A stretch of DNA of 64,000 nt from a bacterium (GCA_028278455.1 JANQEH010000194.1:1059-65058), one strand, 5' to 3'. Counted from the stretch's first letter, positions 1-9,715 are shown. Notes: a model not told the origin generated them from the letters alone. Numbers and translations are program-made.

Positions 1-154
1 CATCTTTCAGCTCGTAATAATCATGCCAGCGGTTAAAGTCGAGCTTCACCTTAAAATGGGGATCTGACGATCCCTGGCCGAATCCCGGCGATGCGTTAGA
101 TAGAACACAAAGCGCCAGAATCGCTATTATGATCGTTTTTATATTTATCTTCAC
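1..154 (-). CDS. secreted protein, 5' fragment (continues past left edge), M14-peptidase-like N-terminus
   Basis: Minus-strand ORF with GTG start at 152-154 and AAGGAG 8 nt upstream. It translates MKINIKTIIIAILALCVLSNASPGFGQGSSDPHFKVKLDFNRWHDYYELKD..., a signal peptide followed by the 'YHxYxEL'-type start of M14 domains. Too short for the ORF track. Confidence 0.4.
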   Translation of the reverse strand, partial: MKINIKTIIIAILALCVLSNASPGFGQGSSDPHFKVKLDFNRWHDYYELKD

Positions 155-211
155 TTTATTTACTCCTTTGTATTATCCAATTATTTTATTGAATAAATCT
201 ATAATTCGAAA

Positions 212-2161
212 TTATTGTCTCGGCAATGTTAATGTTATATTTGCGGTACCACCCTTCTGGGAAACAACCTTCAGCTCAATGTTCTGACCGGATCTGCCTT
301 TGACCAGCCATTCATATTCGATGACTTTTCCTGATCCGTTAAGCTTTGTGAAGTACTCGGTTTTTCTGTTTCCCGATATAATGTCACTAGGATCCACACC
401 GAGCTGAACCATTGTACCCCTAACTGAACGTGAAGCTACACCATGCTGCAGCGAAGTCGGCAGAAAACCATTATTCCGGATTTTCGCCTTAATTCTGAAT
501 ATTCCGCCGCCGTGGTTAGTTACTTCTGTGTCTGCGATCTCGATATCTGCGAAAAGTGATGCAAGGTACACTGCAAATTCAGCATGGGATTGGCCCAGTT
601 CAGCGATCTTTGATGCAGGAGGATTTGTTACCGAATATGGCTTGAATCCCCCAACCTCAACGTCTCCTAATTCAGGGTGTGAAACTGACTGCCAGTCCAC
701 AAATCCGTCTATACCTTCATTATCCATCCATTTTATCATGCTCATATCCAGAGCATTCCCTGCTCCTTGTCCTGCTCCGCCCCTTGCAGCACCGGGGCGC
801 TGTCTCATCTGACGCGCCATCTGCGGATTAGCTGCAGGCTGCTGCCTGTTCTGTCCCTGTCCGCCGCCGCGCCTTGCCTGAGTTTCGATCCCCCAGCCTG
901 TTGTAGATAAGGATAATACACCATACTGGAAATAGCCATACTGAAAGAATGTCCCTTCAGGTTTTCTAACAAATGGAGTATTATTGATACCTGTCATTTC
1001 TTTATATTTACTGCTTACTGTATTAAAGTAAGAAATATCATCCATATTAACCGTGGTTGCCGCTCTCCTGCCTGCCGGCCTTCTGGCATTAGATTGCTGT
1101 TGCTGCTGGCCGAATCCTCCGAATCCTCTGAAAAACCTTCGTCCTCCGCCTTCCCCGGCGATCCTGACATTACCTACGGCCTCATAGCCTGCATTTCCGC
1201 TTTCGGCGAATTCAAAAAGTCCAAGGAGTTTCTCACTGCTCATCTCGCCTCTCGAACCCGGGGGACTTACAAGATTATCACTTGCACCAAATGTCAGGAT
1301 TACCGCGATATTACGCTTTTCGAGTACGTAATCCATTAGTGCTCTCGATTCGTTCTCGCTTATCATGTGCCATCCGGCACCTTTTTTATAGTAGGGATAC
1401 GCATGCTGGAAATTCCTGTTCAGGTCTACACCACCCTTTGCATCTTCGTTAATGAAACCATCTCCATCATTATCGAGACCTTCCCAGAAAACCTTGTATT
1501 CGCCTTTTTCGCCCTTTTTTGGATCGGCTTTTTTCATCAGTCTCGGTTCGGCCGGATCGATCATGTAATCGCCTTCGATATCCTTTACACGCATGGCCGT
1601 AATAAAACCGTCATTATTTATATCGTCAGGACCGTCTTCATCTATCCTGCCGTCATTATCATCATCATAAGGTTTGGTATTTGTCTTTTGTCCCGTTTGC
1701 AGCCCTGCGAACATCATTTCGGTACCGTCAGGATTCACTCTCGGCACAATGTAGAAGGTATAATTATCGATCCTCTGTTTCACATCATCATTTGATTCGT
1801 AGTTTGTAAGAAGGTACTCGATCGTGAACAGTGCAAGCTCGCTTCCTATCAGCTGATCTCCTTCAAAACCAGCGCCTATGAACAGTGCCGGCCTCTCATC
1901 CGCCGGAGCTCCCTGACCTCCTGCTATCTCAACTGCCCAAACCGTTCTGCCTTCGAGTGTTTCTCCGAGGGGTACAAGCTCGGCTATACTTGAATGAGCA
2001 TTGACGAGTTCTCTTAATGCCCTTGTCATCTCATCATAATTGTGGTACTTTGAATAGTCGGCTGCGCTGCCGACAGACGGTGAAGAAATAAACAGCGCCG
2101 TCAGAAGCAGCATAGACAATCTACCCAAAGGTTTTCTGAAGAGTAAAAGTAAACCTCTCAC
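212..2161 (-). CDS. secreted M14 carboxypeptidase-family protein, probably non-catalytic
   Basis: 649-aa ORF with GTG start and AGGAGG SD. Signal peptide present. M14 hallmarks: YHNYDEM, GRTVWAVEI, PRVNPDG, GVDLNRNF, SENESRAL. Asp-rich Ca-binding-like inserts (DDDNDGRIDEDGPDDINNDG, DNDGDGFINED). Two G/Q/R-rich low-complexity linkers. Confidence 0.8.
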   Translation of the reverse strand: MRGLLLLFRKPLGRLSMLLLTALFISSPSVGSAADYSKYHNYDEMTRALRELVNAHSSIAELVPLGETLEGRTVWAVEIAGGQGAPADERPALFIGAGFEGDQLIGSELALFTIEYLLTNYESNDDVKQRIDNYTFYIVPRVNPDGTEMMFAGLQTGQKTNTKPYDDDNDGRIDEDGPDDINNDGFITAMRVKDIEGDYMIDPAEPRLMKKADPKKGEKGEYKVFWEGLDNDGDGFINEDAKGGVDLNRNFQHAYPYYKKGAGWHMISENESRALMDYVLEKRNIAVILTFGASDNLVSPPGSRGEMSSEKLLGLFEFAESGNAGYEAVGNVRIAGEGGGRRFFRGFGGFGQQQQQSNARRPAGRRAATTVNMDDISYFNTVSSKYKEMTGINNTPFVRKPEGTFFQYGYFQYGVLSLSTTGWGIETQARRGGGQGQNRQQPAANPQMARQMRQRPGAARGGAGQGAGNALDMSMIKWMDNEGIDGFVDWQSVSHPELGDVEVGGFKPYSVTNPPASKIAELGQSHAEFAVYLASLFADIEIADTEVTNHGGGIFRIKAKIRNNGFLPTSLQHGVASRSVRGTMVQLGVDPSDIISGNRKTEYFTKLNGSGKVIEYEWLVKGRSGQNIELKVVSQKGGTANITLTLPRQ

Positions 2162-2324
2162 ACCTTCCTCCTGATTTAGTTGTTAATGATTGGAATATTG
2201 TGCAGTATTTTTATATTGATAAATACATAAAATGTTATTAAATATTCAATAGAAGAAAATCTTTTTTTCTGAGCCTGTATCTACAGGATAAAACCAACCA
2301 AAACAAGCAGTTGTTGAGGTAATT

Positions 2325-2777
2325 ATGAGAAATTTTCTATTTTTAATTCTTCCATTATTTCTGCTTTTTATAAATTGTGAACAATCTACTCCAGGTGAAG
2401 CTGAAAGGGCAGCTGTGATAAAGGTGCTCGAAGATCAGGTTGAAGCATGGAACAGAAAGGATATTGATGCCTATATGGAAGGATATTGGAAGTCTGATGA
2501 TCTGACATTTGTATCGGGTGGTAATATCAATAAAGGCTGGCAGGCCGTGCTAGATTCCTACAGGGAGAGATACAAACCTGAAATGATGGGAATATTAACG
2601 TTCGATAACCTGAACGTGAATTTCATGTCCCCTGATGCTGCTTATGTTTCTGGTACCTGGGCTCTGCAAAGAGAACCTGATGATCCTGGGGGGAGATTCA
2701 CTCTTATTTTTAAAAAACTTGCCGAAGGATGGAGGATCGTATACGACCATACTTCATCAAAAGAAAAAAACAATTGA
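2325..2777 (+). CDS. SnoaL-like/DUF4440 (NTF2-fold) protein with signal peptide/lipobox
   Basis: 150 aa. N-terminal LFLLFINC lipobox-like signal. VLEDQVEAWNRKDIDAYMEGYW...GRFTLIFKK..GWRIVYDHTS is typical of DUF4440/SnoaL-like domains. Confidence 0.6.
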   Translation: MRNFLFLILPLFLLFINCEQSTPGEAERAAVIKVLEDQVEAWNRKDIDAYMEGYWKSDDLTFVSGGNINKGWQAVLDSYRERYKPEMMGILTFDNLNVNFMSPDAAYVSGTWALQREPDDPGGRFTLIFKKLAEGWRIVYDHTSSKEKNN

Positions 2778-2840
2778 ATTATTGATTGTAAAATATTATT
2801 TTTAAATAATTTAATGTCTAATGATTAACAGGATAACAAT

Positions 2841-4481
2841 TTGGCATATCCGTTAATTAAAAGCCTCTTGTTTCTTTTGATCTTTTCATCATCCGAAATC
2901 ACTTCAAATATCGACCAAAGTCAAACTGCCTTCACCCCGGTCAATCCTTCCGGTTCACCTGTGTATATCTCTGAAGCAGAGCTTTATAACGATTCCAACG
3001 AAGGATTGAAGATTTCCTGCAGTATAACTAATAAAAGCAGCAGTCAGATCACCGGATTGAACCTGGCTTCAGTTTTATATAAAAAAGGTGAAGATATTCC
3101 AAAGATAATCAGCCTGAGAAAACCTGTATTAATCGACGCCGGAAAAAGACTTAGAATTTCATGGAGCAGACCTGAATTGCAGGATTATTCTGCAGGTGGA
3201 CTGATAGCGCCTTATTCAATCGAATTTGAAAGAGGCAGTCCATGGCATGTAAAAAGGTCTCCGGACATTAAAAACCGGCGTAATATTCTTGACTATCCAG
3301 ACGTAGGGGCTGTTTCAAGATTCACATCTCAACTCGGTGTTTTCGTCACGAACAGGCAGGAGATTCTAAATGAAGGCCAGCCGCTTGCGGTGGTAAGGGA
3401 TTCAGCGGACAGTATTCAGAGGATAGCCCAGATCAGGCTATTGAGAAAAGCCGGAAACAGGGGCGGATTTGATATACTGCATATCTATCCCGGGAAGGAA
3501 ATTGACAGGAATGACAGGGTAAGGCTTCTGTTTCCGGAAATGTCACGGCTGAACCTAAATTCCAAGAGCTGGCTTTTTTCCGGAATAACTGCTATAATTG
3601 CCGGTGGATACTTTCATTTCATGGGAGACCACAATCAGAGTAAATATGATGATACTTTTGACAGTGCGGGGAAGAGTTTTTATGGAGACCGGGTAGAGTC
3701 ATACAACAGGAAAAGAGATGCCGCATTCATTATGGGCGGACTGAATATAGGGGCTTCGGTTGTAACTCAGTTGATCTGGGGAAGGCATAATAAACATCTT
3801 TACAGTGGTATTAATTGCTGCAATACTTCAACAAAATCCCTGGTAACTTTCGGAATCCTCTCTTTCGGTTCTGCTCTTTATTTTGACAATGTAAAATACT
3901 CCAAGGAAAAGCGTCTGCCTGATGCTCTTGATCCTGCAGGGATATTATATTACAGACAGCAGATCATTATAAACAGGTATAGAAGAAATGTAACCATGCT
4001 TTATGGCTCTGCGGCGTTTTCGGCAGCATTAATCAACCATTTTCTGAACAGAAATGAGATGGATGTTTACCGGGATAGAAGCAGATGGGCATGGCTTAAA
4101 TGGAATCCTGTCAGTAAGACCAACCTTATTTATACCGGTGCGGCCGCAGCAGCTGCTGCCTATTTCATTACAAGAAGGAACACGGATAATGATAACCGGA
4201 AAAATGCCTGGACCGACATTGATAGAACTGCGGCGGAGAGTGATCTTAAAATCCATCAACACAGAGGTAATGCCGTATTGATCGGAGCGGGCACATTTCT
4301 TCTTTCAGGTGTCATATCCCAAATTACCGGGAACGATCATATTAAGGACAGTTTTACCGGTGATCCCCTGATACCTTTACCGGGATTCCTCATAAATAGA
4401 AAATTCAAGACGAATATTACGGTCGAACCGGGAAGAAACTCACCCGGATTGACAATTGCCCTGAACCTGCAATTTAAATAG
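2841..4481 (+). CDS. hypothetical membrane-associated protein
   Basis: 546-aa ORF with TTG start. N-terminal hydrophobic segment, then a soluble region, then several hydrophobic segments (e.g. LFSGITAIIAGGYFHF, YTGAAAAAAAYFI). No family recognised. Its stop overlaps the next gene's start. Confidence 0.5.
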   Translation: MAYPLIKSLLFLLIFSSSEITSNIDQSQTAFTPVNPSGSPVYISEAELYNDSNEGLKISCSITNKSSSQITGLNLASVLYKKGEDIPKIISLRKPVLIDAGKRLRISWSRPELQDYSAGGLIAPYSIEFERGSPWHVKRSPDIKNRRNILDYPDVGAVSRFTSQLGVFVTNRQEILNEGQPLAVVRDSADSIQRIAQIRLLRKAGNRGGFDILHIYPGKEIDRNDRVRLLFPEMSRLNLNSKSWLFSGITAIIAGGYFHFMGDHNQSKYDDTFDSAGKSFYGDRVESYNRKRDAAFIMGGLNIGASVVTQLIWGRHNKHLYSGINCCNTSTKSLVTFGILSFGSALYFDNVKYSKEKRLPDALDPAGILYYRQQIIINRYRRNVTMLYGSAAFSAALINHFLNRNEMDVYRDRSRWAWLKWNPVSKTNLIYTGAAAAAAAYFITRRNTDNDNRKNAWTDIDRTAAESDLKIHQHRGNAVLIGAGTFLLSGVISQITGNDHIKDSFTGDPLIPLPGFLINRKFKTNITVEPGRNSPGLTIALNLQFK

Positions 4482-5869
4482 TGGATACTTTTATCATGAC
4501 AAGAAACCGATATCTTTACGCGATCACGACATTGTTATTCTTTTCCGTTTTCCATTCCTGCTCCCGGGGCGGATCAAAATACCTCCCGTATGCAGAAAAA
4601 ACAGCTGGCTGGCTATCTTCCGTTGCAATTGAAGAAGACAACGCCGTATACTGGCCGCCTCAGCCGGATACAACCAGAACAGGTAACATCTCTTTATATC
4701 ATGGGAGCCCGGGGCCTGTGCTCTTCTTCCTCGAATTATACAAAGCTTCCGGAGATGTCAGCGCAAAGGAGCAAGCTGTTAAAGGAGCAGAATGGCTGAT
4801 AAAACAGGCTCACAAAGAAAAAGACGGTTATTTCTGGACAAATATCATCTACCAGGATAAACCATTTCCTGACGCCGGGTTGTATACTGGAACTGCCGGA
4901 GTCGGGACAGTTTTTCTGGAAATGTACTCTGAGCTTAAGGATGAGAAATACAGGGAATATGCAAAGGGAGCGGCAGATTACCTTAATGCAGCCGCTGTCA
5001 AAGAAGATTCCGGAAAGAGATGGAGTCAGGTTGTCGATATAATATCCGGTACAGCCGGAACCGGAATGTTCATGGTCCGGGCTGCAGAGGTATTGAATGA
5101 ACCCGTCTATCTTGAAACCGCCGTTGAAGCAGGGCTTTATCTTATGGACCAGGCTATAATTGAAGATACGGGAAACAAATGGGCAATTTATAAGGGATAT
5201 GATAAGATCTATCCTAATTTTTCCCACGGAACTTCAGGGATTGCTTATTACCTTGCGCTTCTATTTAAGAAGACAGGAGACCAGAGATTTCTCGACAGCG
5301 CTCTAAAAGGCGCAGAATGGTTAATAAATAACAGGGAGAATCCCGGAGAGGGTGTCGCCTGGTATCATCATGAACCGGATGCAAAGGACCTTTACTATGT
5401 AAGCTATTGTCATGGACCTCCCGGCACAGCACGGCTCTTTTATCAATTGTATCTAGATACAAATGACGAGAAATGGCTGGACCTTGTTAAGGAGTCGGCA
5501 AGATGGCTGATGAATCCTGACATACATGAACACGAGCATGATGGATACTGGAATGTCAGCCAGTGCTGCGGTACTGCCGGAATCGGCGATTTTTTTGTTA
5601 ATATGTATAAGATCACAGGTGAAGAAACTTATTATTCATGGGCGGAGAAAATGGTAGTTGAGCTGTCTCACCAGGCGACAGAAGAATCCGGAGGTCTGAA
5701 ATGGTATAACGCTGAACACAGGACCATTCCGGGTGAAAAATACACTCAGACCGGCTGGGCCCAGGGAGCCTCCGGAATAGGTTTATTCTTTTTAAAAATG
5801 TTTGCGATAGAAAGCGAAAAACAGTCGTATAATGTACTTGCGCTGCCGGACTGTCCTTTCGACTGGTAG
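4481..5869 (+). CDS. LanC-like (lanthionine synthetase C family) protein, predicted lipoprotein
   Basis: Repeated LanC GxxG helix-repeat motifs: GTAGVGTVFLEMY, GTAGTGMFMV, SHGTSGIAYYL, YCHGPPGTARLF, QCCGTAGIGDFF, WAQGASGIGLFF. GVGTVFLEMY / SHG / CHG / CCG positions match the LanC active-site layout. A likelier start is the ATG at 4496 (MTRNRYLYAITTLLFFSVFHSC, signal plus Cys). Confidence 0.7.
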   Translation: MDTFIMTRNRYLYAITTLLFFSVFHSCSRGGSKYLPYAEKTAGWLSSVAIEEDNAVYWPPQPDTTRTGNISLYHGSPGPVLFFLELYKASGDVSAKEQAVKGAEWLIKQAHKEKDGYFWTNIIYQDKPFPDAGLYTGTAGVGTVFLEMYSELKDEKYREYAKGAADYLNAAAVKEDSGKRWSQVVDIISGTAGTGMFMVRAAEVLNEPVYLETAVEAGLYLMDQAIIEDTGNKWAIYKGYDKIYPNFSHGTSGIAYYLALLFKKTGDQRFLDSALKGAEWLINNRENPGEGVAWYHHEPDAKDLYYVSYCHGPPGTARLFYQLYLDTNDEKWLDLVKESARWLMNPDIHEHEHDGYWNVSQCCGTAGIGDFFVNMYKITGEETYYSWAEKMVVELSHQATEESGGLKWYNAEHRTIPGEKYTQTGWAQGASGIGLFFLKMFAIESEKQSYNVLALPDCPFDW

Positions 5870-5975
5870 AAAATAGTTGAATTTCTATTGGTATTTGAAT
5901 CCCGAAATTCATATATTCACGGCTGCAGTACCTGTTTATAACTGAATTTATGTCCAACATAACGTAAGTGGTAAT

Positions 5976-6482
5976 ATGGGACTGTTCAAAAAAAGATCAA
6001 AAGATTCGGATGAAAAGGGATTAGTACTCACCAGTACAGAGTTTCAAAACGGGGGATTGATCATGCGCAGGTACACATGTGACGATGTTGATATGTCACC
6101 GCCTCTTGAATGGGGCAATGTCCCGCCCGGAACAAAAAGCTTTGCCCTGATCTGTGACGATCCTGATGCGCCTTCCGGTACATTCGTTCACTGGGTTATC
6201 TTTAACATCCCGCCGAATGAAAGGATCCTCTTGGAGCAAATTCCCGGAGATGACATATTGTCTGACGGGACGAAGCAGGGAAAGAACGATTTCGGGAAAA
6301 CCGGATACGGAGGGCCTTGTCCGCCACCCGGCGAACCTCACAGATACTTCTTTAAGTTCTATGCCCTGGATATAATGCTCGACCTAGAGCCCGGCATAAC
6401 CAAGGCCGATCTCGAGGAGGCAATGAGCGGACATATTATCCAGAAGGGCGAATTAATGGGTAAGTATAAACGGAAGGCATAA
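5976..6482 (+). CDS. YbhB/YbcL-family phosphatidylethanolamine-binding (Raf kinase inhibitor-like) protein
   Basis: CDDPDAPSGTFVHWVIFNIP and GYGGPCPPPGEPHRYFFKFYALD are PEBP signature blocks. Confidence 0.85.
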   Translation: MGLFKKRSKDSDEKGLVLTSTEFQNGGLIMRRYTCDDVDMSPPLEWGNVPPGTKSFALICDDPDAPSGTFVHWVIFNIPPNERILLEQIPGDDILSDGTKQGKNDFGKTGYGGPCPPPGEPHRYFFKFYALDIMLDLEPGITKADLEEAMSGHIIQKGELMGKYKRKA

Positions 6483-6597
6483 TTCACAAGAATAAATACT
6501 TTTTTGATGGTTATTGGTTAAATCGATAACCGAAACACAATTGTGCTCAGTTCCTGTTAAACAGATTTGCACTCTTATTATTTAATATGGACTATAA

Positions 6598-7518
6598 ATG
6601 AAAAATAATACTGTTATCAAAGTCGAAGGTCTAAAGAAATCCTACGGCAGCAATAAAGCGGTCGATGATGTTTCCTTTGAGGTTTCTCATGGCGAGATAT
6701 TCGGGATGGTCGGGCCTAACGGCGCCGGAAAAACCACAACTATTGAGTGCATTGAAGGTTTAAGAAAATTTGACGAAGGATCTATCGATGTGCTCGGATA
6801 TGATCCTCAGAAAGAAGGCTCAAAGCTTAAACCAGTGATCGGCATACAATTACAGCAGTCACAGCTTCAGGAGCATATCAGAGTATGGGAAGCTCTTGAC
6901 CTGTATTCTTCGATCTATCCAAAGAGTACTGATTGGAATATTATCCTCGAACAGCTCGGATTGACAGAGAAAAGGAATGAATATTTCTCGAAACTGTCAG
7001 GGGGACAGAAGCAGAGGCTCTTTATTGCCCTTTCGCTGGTCAATGATCCGGAGATAGTTTTTCTCGACGAGCTGACTACCGGGCTCGATCCACAGGCGCG
7101 CAGGGCCATGTGGAACCTTGTCAGGTCCATGAAAGATAAAGGCAAAACTGTATACCTGACAACTCATTTCATGGAAGAGGCCGAAAAACTCTGCGACAGG
7201 GTGGCGATAATTGACCACGGGAAAATTATTGCAATTGACACTCCTTCCGAGCTGATCAGAAAATATTCCCACAATGAACGGATAGAATTCACACTGGTTG
7301 ATGATAACATTGATGTAGACCTGGGTGGAATTGAAGGACTGACTAGTTTTGACAGAACAGATAACAGGATAATTATATACGGGAACTCCGCAGATCTGAC
7401 TCAGAAAGTAGTGAATCACCTGACTGAAAAAAAGATCGCATTCAGCGATTTCCGAAGTGAAAAATCAACACTCGAAGATGTTTTCCTGAAGCTTACCGGC
7501 AGGGAAATGAGGGATTAA
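6598..7518 (+). CDS. ABC transporter ATP-binding protein (ABC-2/DrrA-like)
   Basis: Walker A GPNGAGKTT, signature LSGGQKQR, Walker B IVFLDELTTGLD, H-loop TTHFMEEA. Confidence 0.9.
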   Translation: MKNNTVIKVEGLKKSYGSNKAVDDVSFEVSHGEIFGMVGPNGAGKTTTIECIEGLRKFDEGSIDVLGYDPQKEGSKLKPVIGIQLQQSQLQEHIRVWEALDLYSSIYPKSTDWNIILEQLGLTEKRNEYFSKLSGGQKQRLFIALSLVNDPEIVFLDELTTGLDPQARRAMWNLVRSMKDKGKTVYLTTHFMEEAEKLCDRVAIIDHGKIIAIDTPSELIRKYSHNERIEFTLVDDNIDVDLGGIEGLTSFDRTDNRIIIYGNSADLTQKVVNHLTEKKIAFSDFRSEKSTLEDVFLKLTGREMRD

Positions 7519-7529
7519 GGAAAAAGAAT

Positions 7530-8273
7530 ATGAAAAGCCTATGGAAACTGACAGTTATTGAATTCAAAATGTTCTACAGAGAACCTATTGCGATGTTCTT
7601 CACCCTGGTCTTTCCCCTTATGCTGCTATTTATATTCGGCTCGATCTACGGAAATGAACCTACTCCATTTTTCGGAGGTGTGGGATTTATAGATACTGCC
7701 GTACCGGCATATTCAGCGATGATCATAGCAATGACCGGACTCATTTCTGTAACCCTGATATTTTCATCATACCGGGAAACAGGAATACTGAGAAGGCTGC
7801 ATGCAACACCGCTGAGGCCCCAGACTATCCTTAGCGCAATCATGATCATCGTATTCATGCTTACAGTAGCAGGTATGGTAATCCTGATAATTGCAGGTAA
7901 ACTCGCTTACGGCCTGAAGTTTCTCGGGAATCCCCTGAAAATGACAATAGCGTTCATACTCAGCAGTATGAGTTTTTTCTCGATTGGTTTTGTCCTATCG
8001 GGTGTTTTGAAGACCGCACGTGCTGCACAGATAGCGTCAAATGCCGTATATTTTCCGATGATATTCCTCTCCGGGGCCACTATTCCGAGAGAAGTTTTGC
8101 CTGAGCATCTCAGAACAATCAACCAGGTTCTTCCGTTGACACATGTAGTGAATCTTTTACGTGGATTATGGGTAGGCAATGGATTTACGGATCATATTAA
8201 AGAGATCATAATTCTGACGTCTATGATGGTCATCTTCCTGGTCATCTCGTTCCTTACATTCAGATGGGATTAA
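7530..8273 (+). CDS. ABC-2 type transporter permease
   Basis: 247 aa with about six hydrophobic helices. Lies 11 nt downstream of the ATPase, the typical ABC-2 arrangement. Confidence 0.8.
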   Translation: MKSLWKLTVIEFKMFYREPIAMFFTLVFPLMLLFIFGSIYGNEPTPFFGGVGFIDTAVPAYSAMIIAMTGLISVTLIFSSYRETGILRRLHATPLRPQTILSAIMIIVFMLTVAGMVILIIAGKLAYGLKFLGNPLKMTIAFILSSMSFFSIGFVLSGVLKTARAAQIASNAVYFPMIFLSGATIPREVLPEHLRTINQVLPLTHVVNLLRGLWVGNGFTDHIKEIIILTSMMVIFLVISFLTFRWD

Positions 8274-8373
8274 TTTTCGTTTGATAATTATTTTCAAGTT
8301 TGTTAATCTGGAAATAAAACTGAAACATTACTCCCCGTAGACTATTGGGAGATATTATGGTAACTGGTTGCCT

Positions 8374-9048
8374 ATGTGCATGAGATTTGCGAGGGAGAGC
8401 AAGCTTTCTCTCATTGAAAAAGCATTCGATATAAACAAAGTCCTGACAAAGATCGAACGGAGCTATAACGTTGCTCCCACTCAAAGGGTGGTCTCGGTGA
8501 TAAATGACGGAGGAACGAACATTCTTACCGACTTCAAATGGGGACTTATCCCCTCATGGGCTAAAGACGATTCCTTTGCAACAAAACTCTGCAATGCCCG
8601 GTCCGAAACGATCGCGGAGAAACCGAGCTTCAGGAGCGCATTTCGTGAACGAAGATGCCTTGTTATCGCCACAGGATACTACGAGTGGTATACTGAAGGA
8701 AAAATGAAGATCCCCGTGTTCTTTCATCTGAAGACGAAAGAACCGTTCGGGATCGCAGGGATCTGGGAAACATGGAAATCCCCTGAGAACGAAACAGTTG
8801 AGACCTGTTCAATAATCACGACCGAAGCAAATGAGACGGCAAAACAGATTCATGACAGAATGCCTGTAATTATGCCTTATGATAGAATACCTGACTGGCT
8901 CGATCCATCCAACAGGAATAAAGATTCTCTGCTCGATATGCTGAAACCATATTCCCCGGAAGAAATGGGGATGTACAGAGTATCTCCGATAGTAAATTCG
9001 CCGAGAAACAATGCACCCGAATGCGTTCAGGAAGCTGAAGAATTATAA
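8374..9048 (+). CDS. SOS response-associated peptidase (SRAP/YedK family) abasic-site processing protein
   Basis: MCMRFA N-terminus (Cys2 nucleophile), YNVAPTQ, FKWGLIPSWAKD, NARSETIAEKPSFRSAF, RCLVIATGYYEW. The track ORF begins at TTG 8368, but the ATG at 8374 places Cys at position 2 as the family requires. Confidence 0.85.
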   Translation: MCMRFARESKLSLIEKAFDINKVLTKIERSYNVAPTQRVVSVINDGGTNILTDFKWGLIPSWAKDDSFATKLCNARSETIAEKPSFRSAFRERRCLVIATGYYEWYTEGKMKIPVFFHLKTKEPFGIAGIWETWKSPENETVETCSIITTEANETAKQIHDRMPVIMPYDRIPDWLDPSNRNKDSLLDMLKPYSPEEMGMYRVSPIVNSPRNNAPECVQEAEEL

Positions 9049-9065
9049 AAGGTTGAAAAAATACT

Positions 9066-9437
9066 TTGAAATGGAAAAAAGTATCACCTGAACTTGTCGA
9101 ACTTCTCGCTGATTCCCTTGAACACGTCCATTGCGAGAAAAAGATGATGTTTGGCTGCCCTGCTTACTTCATAAACAATAACATGTTCTCGGCAGTACAT
9201 CAGGATAGTATCATTTTACGTCTTTCTGAAGAAGACAGGGAGGCAATTTTTGAAGAATATGATGAGATAATGATCTTTGAGCCCATGGAAGGAAGAAAGA
9301 TGAGAGAATATGTCGTTGTTCCTGAGCCGGTTTACGGAAAAGCATCTGAATTAAATTCCTGGATTCAGCGTTCTGTAGATTTTGTATCGGCAATGCCTCC
9401 AAAAGAGAAGAAACCACGAAAAAAGGTGAAGAAATGA
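9066..9437 (+). CDS. TfoX N-terminal domain protein
   Basis: KKMMFGCPAYFINNNMFSAVHQDSIILRL...REYVVVPE...LNSWIQRS matches the TfoX_N pattern (MFGG.g.f..g.mFa...d.l.lK). Lys-rich tail. Confidence 0.65.
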   Translation: MKWKKVSPELVELLADSLEHVHCEKKMMFGCPAYFINNNMFSAVHQDSIILRLSEEDREAIFEEYDEIMIFEPMEGRKMREYVVVPEPVYGKASELNSWIQRSVDFVSAMPPKEKKPRKKVKK

Positions 9438-9715
9438 AATCTATACCGGATCCTGACCTGTTAAAGGAATTCAGTAAGATCCCCGGAGTGGGGACAAAGC
9501 TGGCATACCGGCTCTGGGAACTTGGTGTAAGATCTCTGGATGATCTTGCCGGAAGGGATCCCGAAGAGCTTTACATGAGGATGTGCTCTATGGCAGGAAG
9601 GGATGTGGATAAATGCGTTTTATATGTTTTCCGCTGTGCAATTTACTTTGCATCAAACAGAGATCATGAACCTGAACTTCTGAAATGGTGGAATTGGAAG
9701 GGGAGAAAATTATAG
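9434..9715 (+). CDS. helix-hairpin-helix protein (TfoX C-terminal / Cdd1-like)
   Basis: IPGVGTKLAYRLWELGVRSLDDLAGRDPEELY is an HhH motif. ATGA overlap with the preceding TfoX_N gene. Confidence 0.6.
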   Translation: MKSIPDPDLLKEFSKIPGVGTKLAYRLWELGVRSLDDLAGRDPEELYMRMCSMAGRDVDKCVLYVFRCAIYFASNRDHEPELLKWWNWKGRKL

